A DNA stretch of 64,000 nucleotides, from assembly GCA_964373955.1 (NCBI GenBank), contig CAYJXA010000001.1:108301-172300 (forward strand), in the 5' to 3' direction. Below, piece after piece: positions 37,932 through 46,803 of the stretch (the stretch's first letter is position 1; each line of letters opens with the position of its first letter). The notes beneath the pieces are model-generated. The model worked only from the letters and a program-made list of their open reading frames with translations. It was not told the DNA's origin and searched no databases. The position numbers and the translations under genes are program-made. Origin of the DNA: an uncultured Methanosarcinales archaeon (GTDB taxonomy: Archaea > Nanobdellota > Nanobdellia > Woesearchaeales > GW2011-AR9).

Positions 37932-38717
37932 ATGTGGATATATGATTTAAACCCCGTATTGGTACAGCTCGGCCCATTGCAAATACGATGGTACGGGTTG
38001 GTGTACGTTTTAGGATTTTTTGCAGCAATATGGTGGCTTCATCAAGCACAAAAAAGGGGGAAACTTTCTCTTGCCCCAGATGAAATATGGGATTTGATAT
38101 TTTACCTTATGGTGGGAGTAATTATTGGCTCCCGCCTTTTTATGATATTTTGGAATCCAGAAATATATCTCTACCATCCAATAAACCTCTTTAAAATCTG
38201 GGAAGGAGGAATGAGTTTCCATGGCGGTTTTGTAGGAATAATTACCGCTTGCTGGATTTATTGTAAAAGAAAGCGATTAGATTTTTGGCGGATAGCTGAT
38301 ATCATTTCTATTCCGGCGATGCTGGCCCTGGCGTTAGGAAGAATCGCCAATTTTATTAATGGGGAATTAGTCGGCAGGGTTTGGAATGGACGTTGGTGCG
38401 TAGTATTCCCAGAGTATGGCCAGGAATGCAGACACCCCAACATGATTTATTCTGCTCTACAGCGGTTAACGGTATTTAGTTGGCTCTGGTTCCTCAGCAT
38501 AAGAGATCGGTTTGCTCCGGGATTTATTTTCTGGAACTTCGTCTTTTGGGAAGGAGTAGGCCGATTTTTGATGGATTTTTTCCGGGAAGATAGCCTTTAC
38601 GTTGGGCTTAGCTTGGGGCAATGGTTTAGCCTCGCGATGATTATAGTAGCATTGGGGGTATTCTGGAAGAGATACAGAGAAGACTGGAAAGGGATGTTTT
38701 CTCCACAAAGTTCTTAA
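37932..38717 (+). CDS. lgt: Prolipoprotein diacylglyceryl transferase (bacterial-type Lgt)
   Basis: LGPLQIRWYGLVY, IWEGGMSFHGGFVG and GRIANFINGELVGR match Lgt signatures (HWYGLMY, VWDGGMSFHGG, GRLGNFINGELWGR). Confidence 0.8.
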   Translation: MWIYDLNPVLVQLGPLQIRWYGLVYVLGFFAAIWWLHQAQKRGKLSLAPDEIWDLIFYLMVGVIIGSRLFMIFWNPEIYLYHPINLFKIWEGGMSFHGGFVGIITACWIYCKRKRLDFWRIADIISIPAMLALALGRIANFINGELVGRVWNGRWCVVFPEYGQECRHPNMIYSALQRLTVFSWLWFLSIRDRFAPGFIFWNFVFWEGVGRFLMDFFREDSLYVGLSLGQWFSLAMIIVALGVFWKRYREDWKGMFSPQSS

Positions 38718-38754
38718 AGGGCCCCCTGAAATAAGCTTACTGGAGGGATATTAT

Positions 38755-39168
38755 ATGAAAACACCACTAATTATAGCAGTGGTGATAGGTGTTCTTGTGT
38801 TAATTGTAGGTTGTACGCAACAAGCTACGATTACAGAAGTAAAGTCAACCGCACCGCCAGCATTAGAAGATGATTCTACAGCAGTGCCAGTTCTATCGAG
38901 ACAAAGTTACCAGGTAGTAATCGAAGACGGCAAACTCATGCCTGTAGATGTGGAAATTAATGCTGGTGATACCGTAGAATGGGTCAACAAAGATGAAGTT
39001 CGTTATACTTTATTGTTCAGCGGATCTGAAGAGAGATTATCTGTTGGGGGAACCTTTGAGCAACAGTTTACAGAACCGGGCATAGCACGATACATTGTAG
39101 CAGTCGTAGAAGAAGACCGGGACGATAATCAAGAACGAGAACTGCAGGGTACAGTAATAGTAAATTAA
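38755..39168 (+). CDS. Putative lipoprotein (lipobox LIVGC), beta-sandwich-like
   Basis: MKTPLIIAVVIGVLVLIVGCTQQ signal plus lipobox. 38 nt downstream of lgt. Confidence 0.55.
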   Translation: MKTPLIIAVVIGVLVLIVGCTQQATITEVKSTAPPALEDDSTAVPVLSRQSYQVVIEDGKLMPVDVEINAGDTVEWVNKDEVRYTLLFSGSEERLSVGGTFEQQFTEPGIARYIVAVVEEDRDDNQERELQGTVIVN

Positions 39169-39206
39169 GATAACCTTTTTATTTTCTTCTTTCTTTCTCT
39201 TTCGCT

Positions 39207-39779
39207 ATGTTCAAAAAACAGATCCGTTTGCTGGGGATAGACGATGCTCCCTTTGAGAAAGGCGATGAGCAAGTTTTAGTGGTAGCAACATTCTTTCGGG
39301 GAGGAGAGTGTATGGATGGTGTACTAAGCACTAAAGTTCGCGTAGATGGGGATGATGCCACCTACAATCTCATTCAGATGATTAATAACAGTAAATTTAG
39401 GTCCCAAGTACGGGCTATTTTGCTCGATGGCATTGCCGTGGGAGGATTTAATGTAGTCAATATTGAAAGCGTATGGAAGCATACCGGAATCCCAGTGATA
39501 GTTATCGTTAGAAAGATGCCTGACTTTAAAGATTTGGAAGAAACGTTGCAAAAATTGGGAATGGAAAAGAGGTTTAAGTTGATGGAAAAAGCGGGAACGC
39601 CCCGAAAAATAAAAGTGAGAGGGGGGAGTATCCATATTCAAACCGCGGGAATTTCCATTGAAGATGCAGGAAAAATAATTACCCATTCATCAACCCAAAG
39701 TAATATTCCCGAGCCTATTCGGGCGGCTCATTTAATTGGCGCAGGAATTGTAAAAGGGGAAAGTAAAGGAAGGGCGTAA
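39207..39779 (+). CDS. DUF99/UPF0215 family protein (archaeal)
   Basis: LLGIDDAPF....VLVVATFFRGG...DG.....V.VDGDDAT is the DUF99 pattern. Confidence 0.65.
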   Translation: MFKKQIRLLGIDDAPFEKGDEQVLVVATFFRGGECMDGVLSTKVRVDGDDATYNLIQMINNSKFRSQVRAILLDGIAVGGFNVVNIESVWKHTGIPVIVIVRKMPDFKDLEETLQKLGMEKRFKLMEKAGTPRKIKVRGGSIHIQTAGISIEDAGKIITHSSTQSNIPEPIRAAHLIGAGIVKGESKGRA

Positions 39780-39839
39780 CTACTAATTCATCTTATTGAA
39801 CAGAAAGTATTAAATAGAATAAACTGTTCATAATGATGA

Positions 39840-40208
39840 ATGGAAGAGAAGATACACTTGTTTGCAGCTCAACTCTATTTCGAGGTGGCGCAGCAAAAAG
39901 ATAAGGAGTATGAAAAAGAAATAGAGCCGAATAGAAGAATTGCTTTAAGGATAGTAGCTGCTCAAAATTATTTCTATGCCATAATAAATGCCATTGAAGC
40001 TATCCTCGCTACTAAAGAAGAGCATTCATTTAACCATGAAAATAGAATGAGTAAAATCCACGAGCATCGAACTCTCTTTTCTGAAGAAGTGATAGGTTTG
40101 TACACGCAAATTGAACGAGACCAGCGAAATAAAGTGACTTATCGCGGCCAAAATGGGGTTATGTATGAAAATATTAAGAAATTAGCCCGGGTATTAAATC
40201 ATGAATAA
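39840..40208 (+). CDS. HEPN-domain protein (partner of the downstream NTase)
   Basis: All-alpha 122 aa with an R-x4-H motif (NRMSKIH). Its 3' end overlaps the next gene by 8 nt. Confidence 0.5.
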   Translation: MEEKIHLFAAQLYFEVAQQKDKEYEKEIEPNRRIALRIVAAQNYFYAIINAIEAILATKEEHSFNHENRMSKIHEHRTLFSEEVIGLYTQIERDQRNKVTYRGQNGVMYENIKKLARVLNHE

Positions 40209-40818
40209 ATTTGAAATAACTCTCCGAAAACTGCAAGAACTCTTTCCGGAAATACGCCAGGTATTAATGGTGTTTTTATTTGGTTCCGTTGCAAGAGGTG
40301 ATTTTTCCCTCCGTCATTCTGATTTGGATTTGTTTGTTATTCTTAAGAAAAAAGTGATTACTGAAGAGATTAAAGAGAAGCTAGATAAGATCATTTTACC
40401 GGTGGGAGACAGGGAAGGAGTTAAGATACAGACCGAATATCAAGGGCTCACTATTCTCCATGAAGATCGGACTTTAATCCGAAAGATGATCGAGGAGGGG
40501 AAAATAATTTATTCCACGGGGGTATTTACGTTCGATTACCAACAGGTAGGTTTGCAACAATATGCAATTTATAGTTTCTCTCTTAAAAATGCCCTTAACC
40601 CCACCATGTTCTCAAAAGTATTGCATGGACGAAAGAGCTGGTATCGAAAAGGAAAAGAGAGAGTAATCAGAGAGTATATTGGGATTATAGATGGGAAAGA
40701 GGTTATAGAATTAGGGAGGGGAGCAATTATGGTCCTTAAATCTAGAGAGAAAGACCTGAAACATATCTTTGAGCAATTTAAGACAGAATACAAACTAATA
40801 AAGATAGTGTATGCTTAA
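40201..40818 (+). CDS. Minimal nucleotidyltransferase (MNT) domain protein
   Basis: LFGSVARGDFSLRHSDLDLFVIL NTase motif. Confidence 0.7.
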   Translation: MNKFEITLRKLQELFPEIRQVLMVFLFGSVARGDFSLRHSDLDLFVILKKKVITEEIKEKLDKIILPVGDREGVKIQTEYQGLTILHEDRTLIRKMIEEGKIIYSTGVFTFDYQQVGLQQYAIYSFSLKNALNPTMFSKVLHGRKSWYRKGKERVIREYIGIIDGKEVIELGRGAIMVLKSREKDLKHIFEQFKTEYKLIKIVYA

Positions 40819-42581
40819 CTATAATACCACTTATTCTGTTCCCGCTGCTCACGGTCTTTGACACTGCCAACCTTGTTAATCCGGGGGCGATGAGAGTTAA
40901 CATCCCGACGAAGAGTAATATCCAATTCTTTCAAAAATAAATTCATGCCTTCTTCCATGGAGAAAGGCCCTTGCAGTAATCCAGACTGAGCTGGCTGGCC
41001 GGTAAACACGATTAACCTATCAGAGATATTATCCAAGAACATTAAGTCGTGGTCAACTACTAAGATAGTGATGTCCCTTTCTAAAGTAAGGTTTTGAATA
41101 ATCTTAGAAACAAGCAGCCGCTGTTCCACGTCTAGGTAGGCAGAAGGCTCGTCAAGCAAAAATAAATCCGCCTCTTGCGATAAGCAATGGGTAATTGCTA
41201 CCCGTTGCAGTTCTCCCCCGGAGAGATGCTGAAGTTTTCTGGTGAGTAAGGAATCTAAGCCTAGAGGAGTAATCAGTTGGTTGCTATATCGCTGCACCGC
41301 CACCTGTAGAAATTCCGCTACCAATTGCTCTGAACCGGTTTCTAAATATTGCGGTTTATATGCCACTCGCACTCCTGTTCCAAGCTCTCCGCTATCCGGA
41401 TCTAAAAGTCCTGCTAATAATTTGATGAAGGAGGTTTTGCCAATGCCATTTTCTCCTAAGATACCAACAATTTCATTTTTATACAATACTCCCCGTCCCG
41501 TGCGCAGTTGGAAATGACCTAATTTCTTCTCCACCTCATTCCAGGAAATAAGCGGCCGGGTGTGAGCTTCCCGACGATCCTGTACCCGCTGGAATTTAAT
41601 GGGATGATCCCGGAAGCGGATATTCTCTTCCCGAAGGTAGCCTTCTAAAAAAGAATTAATACCCTCGCGAGAGGATTTTACGCCGGAAACGACGCCAAAG
41701 ACTCCTTCGTGGCCGTACATGATATTTAAAAAATCCGTCATGTAATCTAAAATGATTAAGTCGTGCTCGATAGCCATCACTGAAGTTTCAGCTGATATTA
41801 AAGAACGAATAAAAGCAGATGCATGCAGTCGCTGCCTGATATCAAGATAGGAAGTAGGTTCGTCAAAAAGATAGACATTAGCACTCTTCAGGGAAGCAGC
41901 GGCAATCGCTACCCGTTGCAATTCTCCCCCAGAGATGGCGGAGATAGGATTATCAAGAAAAGGAGTAAGATTTAATTCCTGTGCCCGGGCAGCGAGAAGG
42001 TTTTGTTGATCTAATTTTTGCAGTAATTCTCTCACGGTTCCAGTAAATTGTTTGGGGATCAAATCTACTTGCTGGGGTTTGTAGGAAAGCGTAACCGCAT
42101 TTTCGTGGAGCTTTTCAATGAACTTCTGCATTTCCGTTCCCTTGAAATACTGAAGGACTTCTTTAAATTCTGCTGGATCTTTCCAACGCCCCAAGTTAGG
42201 CTTAATCTGATTGGCCAAAATCCTAAAGGCAGTAGATTTTCCAATACCATTCCTTCCTAAGATGCCAACGATATTGCCAAATAAAGGGGTGGGAAGAGAA
42301 TACAACTCAAACATATTCTCCCCATAACGATGGACGGGATCTTTATTAAGCGTTTCAGGCAGGTTAATAATGGTAATAGCCCCAAAAGGACAACGCTTGG
42401 GACAAATGGAGCAGCCAGTGCAGAGCATTTCATCAATTCTGGCTTTTTTACCGGCATCTTCTCCTGGATAAATGCAATCGGCCCCCGCTCTATTAACGGG
42501 GCACAGTTTAGCACAAAGGTAGTTCCCACATTCGTTAGGGTGGCATTTTTCCCGGTCAATGACTGCTATTCTTTTTCGCAT
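40815..42581 (-). CDS. abcE1: ABCE1/RNase L inhibitor-type ribosome recycling ATPase
   Basis: N-terminal Cys-rich 4Fe-4S region (C..C..C...CP.....C..C..C...CP) then two ABC cassettes (GILGRNGIGKST, LSGGELQR, and second copies GILGENGIGKTS, LSGGELQR). 588 aa. Confidence 0.9.
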   Translation of the reverse strand: MRKRIAVIDREKCHPNECGNYLCAKLCPVNRAGADCIYPGEDAGKKARIDEMLCTGCSICPKRCPFGAITIINLPETLNKDPVHRYGENMFELYSLPTPLFGNIVGILGRNGIGKSTAFRILANQIKPNLGRWKDPAEFKEVLQYFKGTEMQKFIEKLHENAVTLSYKPQQVDLIPKQFTGTVRELLQKLDQQNLLAARAQELNLTPFLDNPISAISGGELQRVAIAAASLKSANVYLFDEPTSYLDIRQRLHASAFIRSLISAETSVMAIEHDLIILDYMTDFLNIMYGHEGVFGVVSGVKSSREGINSFLEGYLREENIRFRDHPIKFQRVQDRREAHTRPLISWNEVEKKLGHFQLRTGRGVLYKNEIVGILGENGIGKTSFIKLLAGLLDPDSGELGTGVRVAYKPQYLETGSEQLVAEFLQVAVQRYSNQLITPLGLDSLLTRKLQHLSGGELQRVAITHCLSQEADLFLLDEPSAYLDVEQRLLVSKIIQNLTLERDITILVVDHDLMFLDNISDRLIVFTGQPAQSGLLQGPFSMEEGMNLFLKELDITLRRDVNSHRPRINKVGSVKDREQREQNKWYYS

Positions 42582-42639
42582 AGTGTTGATTCTCAGAAGG
42601 AGGGTTTATATTATTTTTGGTCAAGAATGCGCGAACAGA

Positions 42640-43083
42640 TTAATGTTCTTTAAGAACAATGATTGTTTCCGTGGACTGAACTCCGGGAATTTCTCTGATT
42701 TTATTGATTAATAGAGAGTTTAGATCACTTATCGATTTAACGCGTACTTTAACTAGGAGGTCATATTGTCCGGTAATAGAATGTACTTCTTCTACGCCTT
42801 CTTTTTTCTTAACCATCTCTATAATATCAAGAGGCGCTGTTTTCTTTGCCCGCAGGTACCCCAAATCCCCTTTAATTAAAAGGTACGCTACGATGCCATA
42901 CCCTAATTTGTGATGGTCAAGCACTGTAGTGTATCCTACAATAATCCCTGCTCGCTCTAATTTTTTAATTCGATTATGAACAGTAGTAATGGGGATTAAT
43001 GTTTTTTTAGCAATTTTATAAGTAGATGATTTAGAATTACTTTTGAGTATCTCCAAGATCTTTAAATCTTTATTGTCAAGCAT
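42640..43083 (-). CDS. Lrp/AsnC family transcriptional regulator
   Basis: LD.KDLKILEIL..NS..S...IAKKT.I...TVHNRIKKLE..GII.GY HTH plus a RAM domain. 147 aa. Confidence 0.85.
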   Translation of the reverse strand: MLDNKDLKILEILKSNSKSSTYKIAKKTLIPITTVHNRIKKLERAGIIVGYTTVLDHHKLGYGIVAYLLIKGDLGYLRAKKTAPLDIIEMVKKKEGVEEVHSITGQYDLLVKVRVKSISDLNSLLINKIREIPGVQSTETIIVLKEH

Positions 43084-43190
43084 TTTTGGAATAAATGTTC
43101 CATTATTTATAAATTTTTAGTGTATAATTGAATTAAATAACTATAAAAAGGAGGGATAGACCTATTAACAACCAAATTATAGAAAATAAC

Positions 43191-43739
43191 ATGGTAGACA
43201 GTTTCCCTCCCGGAGCTGAAGGAGAAGCAGAAAGATTAGAGCGAGAAGCATGCTGTGGTGATATTTCCAAACTTTTAGAACCTTACAAACTTCCCTGCTG
43301 CATACTTTTTTTAGGCATGAGTCTGGCGGGTGAAGTACTACGATCCTGCGAAGAGAGGAAAAGATCTCAAACAACATTTTCTTTACAGCAAGTGCTGGTT
43401 GACCAGATTGAATGGTACCAGCAAGAAATATCCCCTGAACTTCATCAAAGACTGGGCGTAGAGCGTATCTGCCGATATGAACCCAGCTGTTCAGCCTACG
43501 CAAAAGAAGCTATCATCAAAAATGGTGCTCTTCTGGGATCTTTACAGGCGGGAAGAAGATTACTTCGCTGTAACCCTTTAAGTCTAGGGGGGTATGACCC
43601 AATAACTTTAAACGAAACCAGGGAACACTTTAAAATGATGATAAAAGTTTACCAAAATGAAGGATGGTACGCAGCCCTACATTACGATTATGAACGAACT
43701 AAAACCTCTTGGTCAGAAAAATTATCGTTGAGATCATGA
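43191..43739 (+). CDS. YidD-like (membrane protein insertion efficiency factor / PF01809) domain protein with N-terminal extension
   Basis: CRYEPSCSAYAKEAIIKNGALLGSLQAGRRLLRCNPLSLGGYDP matches the YidD signature C.F.PSCS.YA..A....G...G......R..RC.P...GG.DP. Confidence 0.6.
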   Translation: MVDSFPPGAEGEAERLEREACCGDISKLLEPYKLPCCILFLGMSLAGEVLRSCEERKRSQTTFSLQQVLVDQIEWYQQEISPELHQRLGVERICRYEPSCSAYAKEAIIKNGALLGSLQAGRRLLRCNPLSLGGYDPITLNETREHFKMMIKVYQNEGWYAALHYDYERTKTSWSEKLSLRS

Positions 43740-43777
43740 CTTTCTCTGATAAAATTTATAAAAAAACGCTTTGATTC

Positions 43778-43951
43778 ATGAATAAGATGGAAAAGTGCAG
43801 TATTTGTGGCAATAAGATAGCAGAGTTATTCCTGGAGAAACCAAAAGGAACGATCATTAAAAAATTAGGCTCTAGCAAGCAATACCCTATCTGTTTCGAA
43901 TGCCAGAAGAAGTTTAGGAGTAAAGAAGAGTTGTTACAACAAATAAAATAG
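43778..43951 (+). CDS. Small zinc-ribbon protein (CxxC...CxxC), about 57 aa
   Basis: MNKMEKCSICGNK...YPICFECQKK. Below the ORF-track length cutoff. The overlapping minus ORF 43756..44157 is rejected. Confidence 0.4.
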   Translation: MNKMEKCSICGNKIAELFLEKPKGTIIKKLGSSKQYPICFECQKKFRSKEELLQQIK

Positions 43952-43953
43952 TA

Positions 43954-43983
43954 TCCCTGTGGCTTAGTAGCTCTTCGCGGCCA
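43954..43983 (+). repeat. Partial duplicate of the 5' end (acceptor 5' strand plus D-arm) of the downstream tRNA-Thr
   Basis: The 18-mer ccctgtggcttagtagct is identical at 43955-43972 and 44063-44080. Similarity extends with an indel (agctcttcgcgg versus agctatagcgg). No matching 3' half for this copy was found. Confidence 0.45.
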
Positions 43984-44060
43984 ATTTCGATTTGGCGTTC
44001 GAGGTGCCATCTTCGCAACGGGGCTGCTCGATAGCACAAGAGCATAAATTCGTGCCAAAT

Positions 44061-44172
44061 GCCCCTGTGGCTTAGTAGCTATAGCGGCTGCCTCGTAGAA
44101 TCGAATGGTGATAAGCGTTACTCTTCGATTTTTGACAGCAGCAGATCGCGAGTGCAATTCTCGCCAGGGGCT
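44061..44172 (+). tRNA. tRNA-Thr(CGU) with one canonical 39-nt intron at 37/38
   Basis: gcccctg-tg-gctt-agtagcta-tagc-g-gctgc-ctcgta|intron|a-gcagc-agatc-gcgag-tgcaatt-ctcgc-caggggc-t. Perfect 7-bp acceptor. The intron carries an aatcgaa/ttcgatt stem. T-tract follows. Atypical G at T-loop position 55 and no GG in the D-loop. Confidence 0.5.
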
Positions 44173-44252
44173 TTTTATTCTTCACTCATACAGATTATAA
44201 TCAAACCAACCATCATAATTTATATACTAGAGCTTCTTCTGCTCAAAGCATA

Positions 44253-44537
44253 ATGAGCATCGTCTTCAAAACGTACAATCGAAAACATCAACTTCATTTG
44301 TACCAAGAAACCTGGGTGTTTACAACCAAAGTCCAGTTGGATGAAGTTCTGGGGCTCTTTCCAAAAAAGGAAATTAGCAAAGCAGAGATTAAACCAGTCA
44401 ATGAAACTATTGAAGTGACGTTTAACGGCCTGATCATGGACTGCCGGGATTTAGCTGATTTAAAGAAAAAGTTTGGTTTGTTGGCAGACTTGAAAGAGCG
44501 ATACCAAAAACAAATGGTGCAAAAACCAAAGAAATAA
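44253..44537 (+). CDS. Hypothetical protein
   Basis: 94-aa ORF. No motif. Confidence 0.4.
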   Translation: MSIVFKTYNRKHQLHLYQETWVFTTKVQLDEVLGLFPKKEISKAEIKPVNETIEVTFNGLIMDCRDLADLKKKFGLLADLKERYQKQMVQKPKK

Positions 44538-44568
44538 ACCCCTTTTTAACATTACTTTCTCTCTAAAA

Positions 44569-45642
44569 GTGAGCGTAAACCTTTATAAAATAGACTTCAT
44601 CCTAGATAAAAGTATGGACGTAGAAACAGCCCACTTAATCCAACAAGCGCAGGAGACCTATGTGCAACATTTTCCTTTAGAGACCTGCTTTGAACGAGCT
44701 GTTTTCTTTAGCTGGGGATGTACTATTGGAGATTGCACCTTCTGCTATATGAGCACTCAGCCTGCAGATAAAAAACCCACGGAAACGAAGCGAAGCGTTG
44801 AGTCCATTCTCGCAGAATTTATTCTTGCTAAGCATCTGGGCTGGGACATCGGTTTTTTTACCGGAGGCATAGGAGTGTTCTCGCCAACAGAATTAGAATT
44901 CTTACTTCAAGCCATCACTACCATCACCAATGATAAGATCTGGCTTTCCGTCGGACCGCTCTCCAAACCACTTTTAGAACGATATCTTCCTTATATCAAA
45001 GGAGTAGTAGGATCTACAGAAACAATTAATCCTCATTTACATGAAGTGGTCTGCCCTTCTAAACCGCTGGCTCCGTACGAGCGCATGTTTGAAGCAGCAG
45101 AGGAACTTAACTTGCAAAAAGCAATGACGTTTATTGTGGGAATGGGTGAAACTAAAGCGGACTTACAATTATTGAAAGAATTCATTCGCAAATATAAAAT
45201 TGACAAGATCCATCTCTATGGATTGGTGCCACAAAAAGGCACCATATTTGAACATACGCCCCCGCCCACTGCGGAAGAGCAGGCCTGGTGGATCGCTCAA
45301 CTCAGAATTGCTTTTCCTACTTTAGATATCCAATGCGGAGTATGGGAAGATCGTATCGAACGAGTTTCCTTGCTCTTACATGCAGGAGCAAACTCCATCT
45401 CAAAATTTCGGGCAATAGCATTGTTTGGAACTTCCTCCGCCAAAGAACTAGAACTCCAAGCCCGGCAGGCAGGAAGAATATTTAAAGGGACAGTCACAAA
45501 AATACCGGAGCCAGATTGGGAAGGGGAAGTGCATACACTCCCATTTGAACCGGAACTGAAAAAGAGAATACTGATCAAACTTCAAGAATATCTGGACACC
45601 ATGAAGAAGAACAGCAAGATTATGGTAACACAAAGCATATAA
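44569..45642 (+). CDS. Radical-SAM-like protein (BioB/ThiH-like region) with non-canonical C-x4-C-x2-C cluster motif
   Basis: VFFSWGCTIGDCTFCYMS resembles the BioB-type GGC..DC.YC site but has one extra residue. A possible alternative start is the ATG at 44617. Confidence 0.5.
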   Translation: MSVNLYKIDFILDKSMDVETAHLIQQAQETYVQHFPLETCFERAVFFSWGCTIGDCTFCYMSTQPADKKPTETKRSVESILAEFILAKHLGWDIGFFTGGIGVFSPTELEFLLQAITTITNDKIWLSVGPLSKPLLERYLPYIKGVVGSTETINPHLHEVVCPSKPLAPYERMFEAAEELNLQKAMTFIVGMGETKADLQLLKEFIRKYKIDKIHLYGLVPQKGTIFEHTPPPTAEEQAWWIAQLRIAFPTLDIQCGVWEDRIERVSLLLHAGANSISKFRAIALFGTSSAKELELQARQAGRIFKGTVTKIPEPDWEGEVHTLPFEPELKKRILIKLQEYLDTMKKNSKIMVTQSI

Positions 45643-45665
45643 ATCAATAACAGCAGGGAAAAAAT

Positions 45666-46403
45666 ATGAATGATGCAGCAAAGATAAACATAGGAGAGCG
45701 CAATAACCCTCTGCCCCTCGAAGAAGCAACAGGAGATTCCCCTGCAGATAGAACGCCAAGCACTGAAGGAAAAACCGTTCTCATTATGGCTGCGGTAGTG
45801 GTTGGCTTGTTGATTCTGATCATAGGGGGAACGAAAGTATATAGTAATCTCACGACAGCTAATGTTATAAATATTGATGAACAACATCAGAAAAATTTGC
45901 AAGGAGAGCTTGACTCAGAGGAAGGATACATCTATAACGGATATAGTTTCATTTACGCAGATGGATTATGGTGGACGGAATTAAATAAATTTGGAAGCTT
46001 ACTTAAAGTTCCCTTGCACTTCGGCCCTCAAGAATTGGAAGGTATTCCCATTACCGGGAGATTGGATTCGGTATTTAACGATCAGGACGAGGTGTTCATC
46101 GCAATTGATCCCAATATCAGAGACAAATATTACACGCTAGCGATCTCGGAATTAAGTTTTAATGTCGTAAAAGGGTTGGATAGAACTCCAGTAGGCTCTT
46201 GCACGGAAGAAAATTGGGCTTGCGAAAATAGAACCATTGTGAGCTGCAATAACACTCAAGGCAAAGCAGTGGTAGAATTAGCGTTGCAGAATGAAACCGG
46301 GATTGAATTCTCAGGTACGTGCATTAAATTGCAAGGCCGGGAATATGGATTGGTGAAGGCGACGGATAGATTGTTATACCAATGGTATGGAGTTATGAAG
46401 TAA
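45666..46403 (+). CDS. N-terminally anchored extracytoplasmic hypothetical protein
   Basis: TM at residues about 35-55 (VLIMAAVVVGLLILIIGG). 245 aa. Confidence 0.45.
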   Translation: MNDAAKINIGERNNPLPLEEATGDSPADRTPSTEGKTVLIMAAVVVGLLILIIGGTKVYSNLTTANVINIDEQHQKNLQGELDSEEGYIYNGYSFIYADGLWWTELNKFGSLLKVPLHFGPQELEGIPITGRLDSVFNDQDEVFIAIDPNIRDKYYTLAISELSFNVVKGLDRTPVGSCTEENWACENRTIVSCNNTQGKAVVELALQNETGIEFSGTCIKLQGREYGLVKATDRLLYQWYGVMK

Positions 46404-46411
46404 GATCTACA

Positions 46412-46801
46412 ATGGATTCATCTCCTTTTTGGAAATTGGTATATCAAGTATATCCCCCACTCCTGCGTTTTCTTGAAAGAATGAAAGTCCATTCCAAAAG
46501 ACAACCTTTCATTTTGGGAAAAGTAAGAGGCAATGCTTCCATTGAAGAGATTCAAAGTTTTCTGGTAGGAAATGGCTTTGAGCATGCTATTCTTGCATGG
46601 AAAGACCCGGAAGAAGTGCTTAGTGTGCGAAAGAGAGACAAATCAAATTTTCAGTATCATCTTAGGATTTATAATGATATGGAAATACGAGGACATTACG
46701 AGTTCAGGCCAGAAACTAACCCTTGGAAGCACATTAGAGAAACTTTATTTGAATCGAAAGAACAAGACTTCAAACTATTACTCCAGCCATACTTACGATA
46801 A
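46412..46801 (+). CDS. Hypothetical protein
   Basis: ORF beginning MDSSPFWKLVYQ immediately after the previous stop. Confidence 0.35.
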   Translation: MDSSPFWKLVYQVYPPLLRFLERMKVHSKRQPFILGKVRGNASIEEIQSFLVGNGFEHAILAWKDPEEVLSVRKRDKSNFQYHLRIYNDMEIRGHYEFRPETNPWKHIRETLFESKEQDFKLLLQPYLR

Positions 46802-46803
46802 TG

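Noticed and set aside
43756-44253. ORFs 43756..44157 (minus) and 44059..44253 (plus)
   Set aside because: They overlap the tRNA-Thr gene and its upstream fragment. The real coding content here is a 57-aa Zn-ribbon ORF on the plus strand plus the tRNA.
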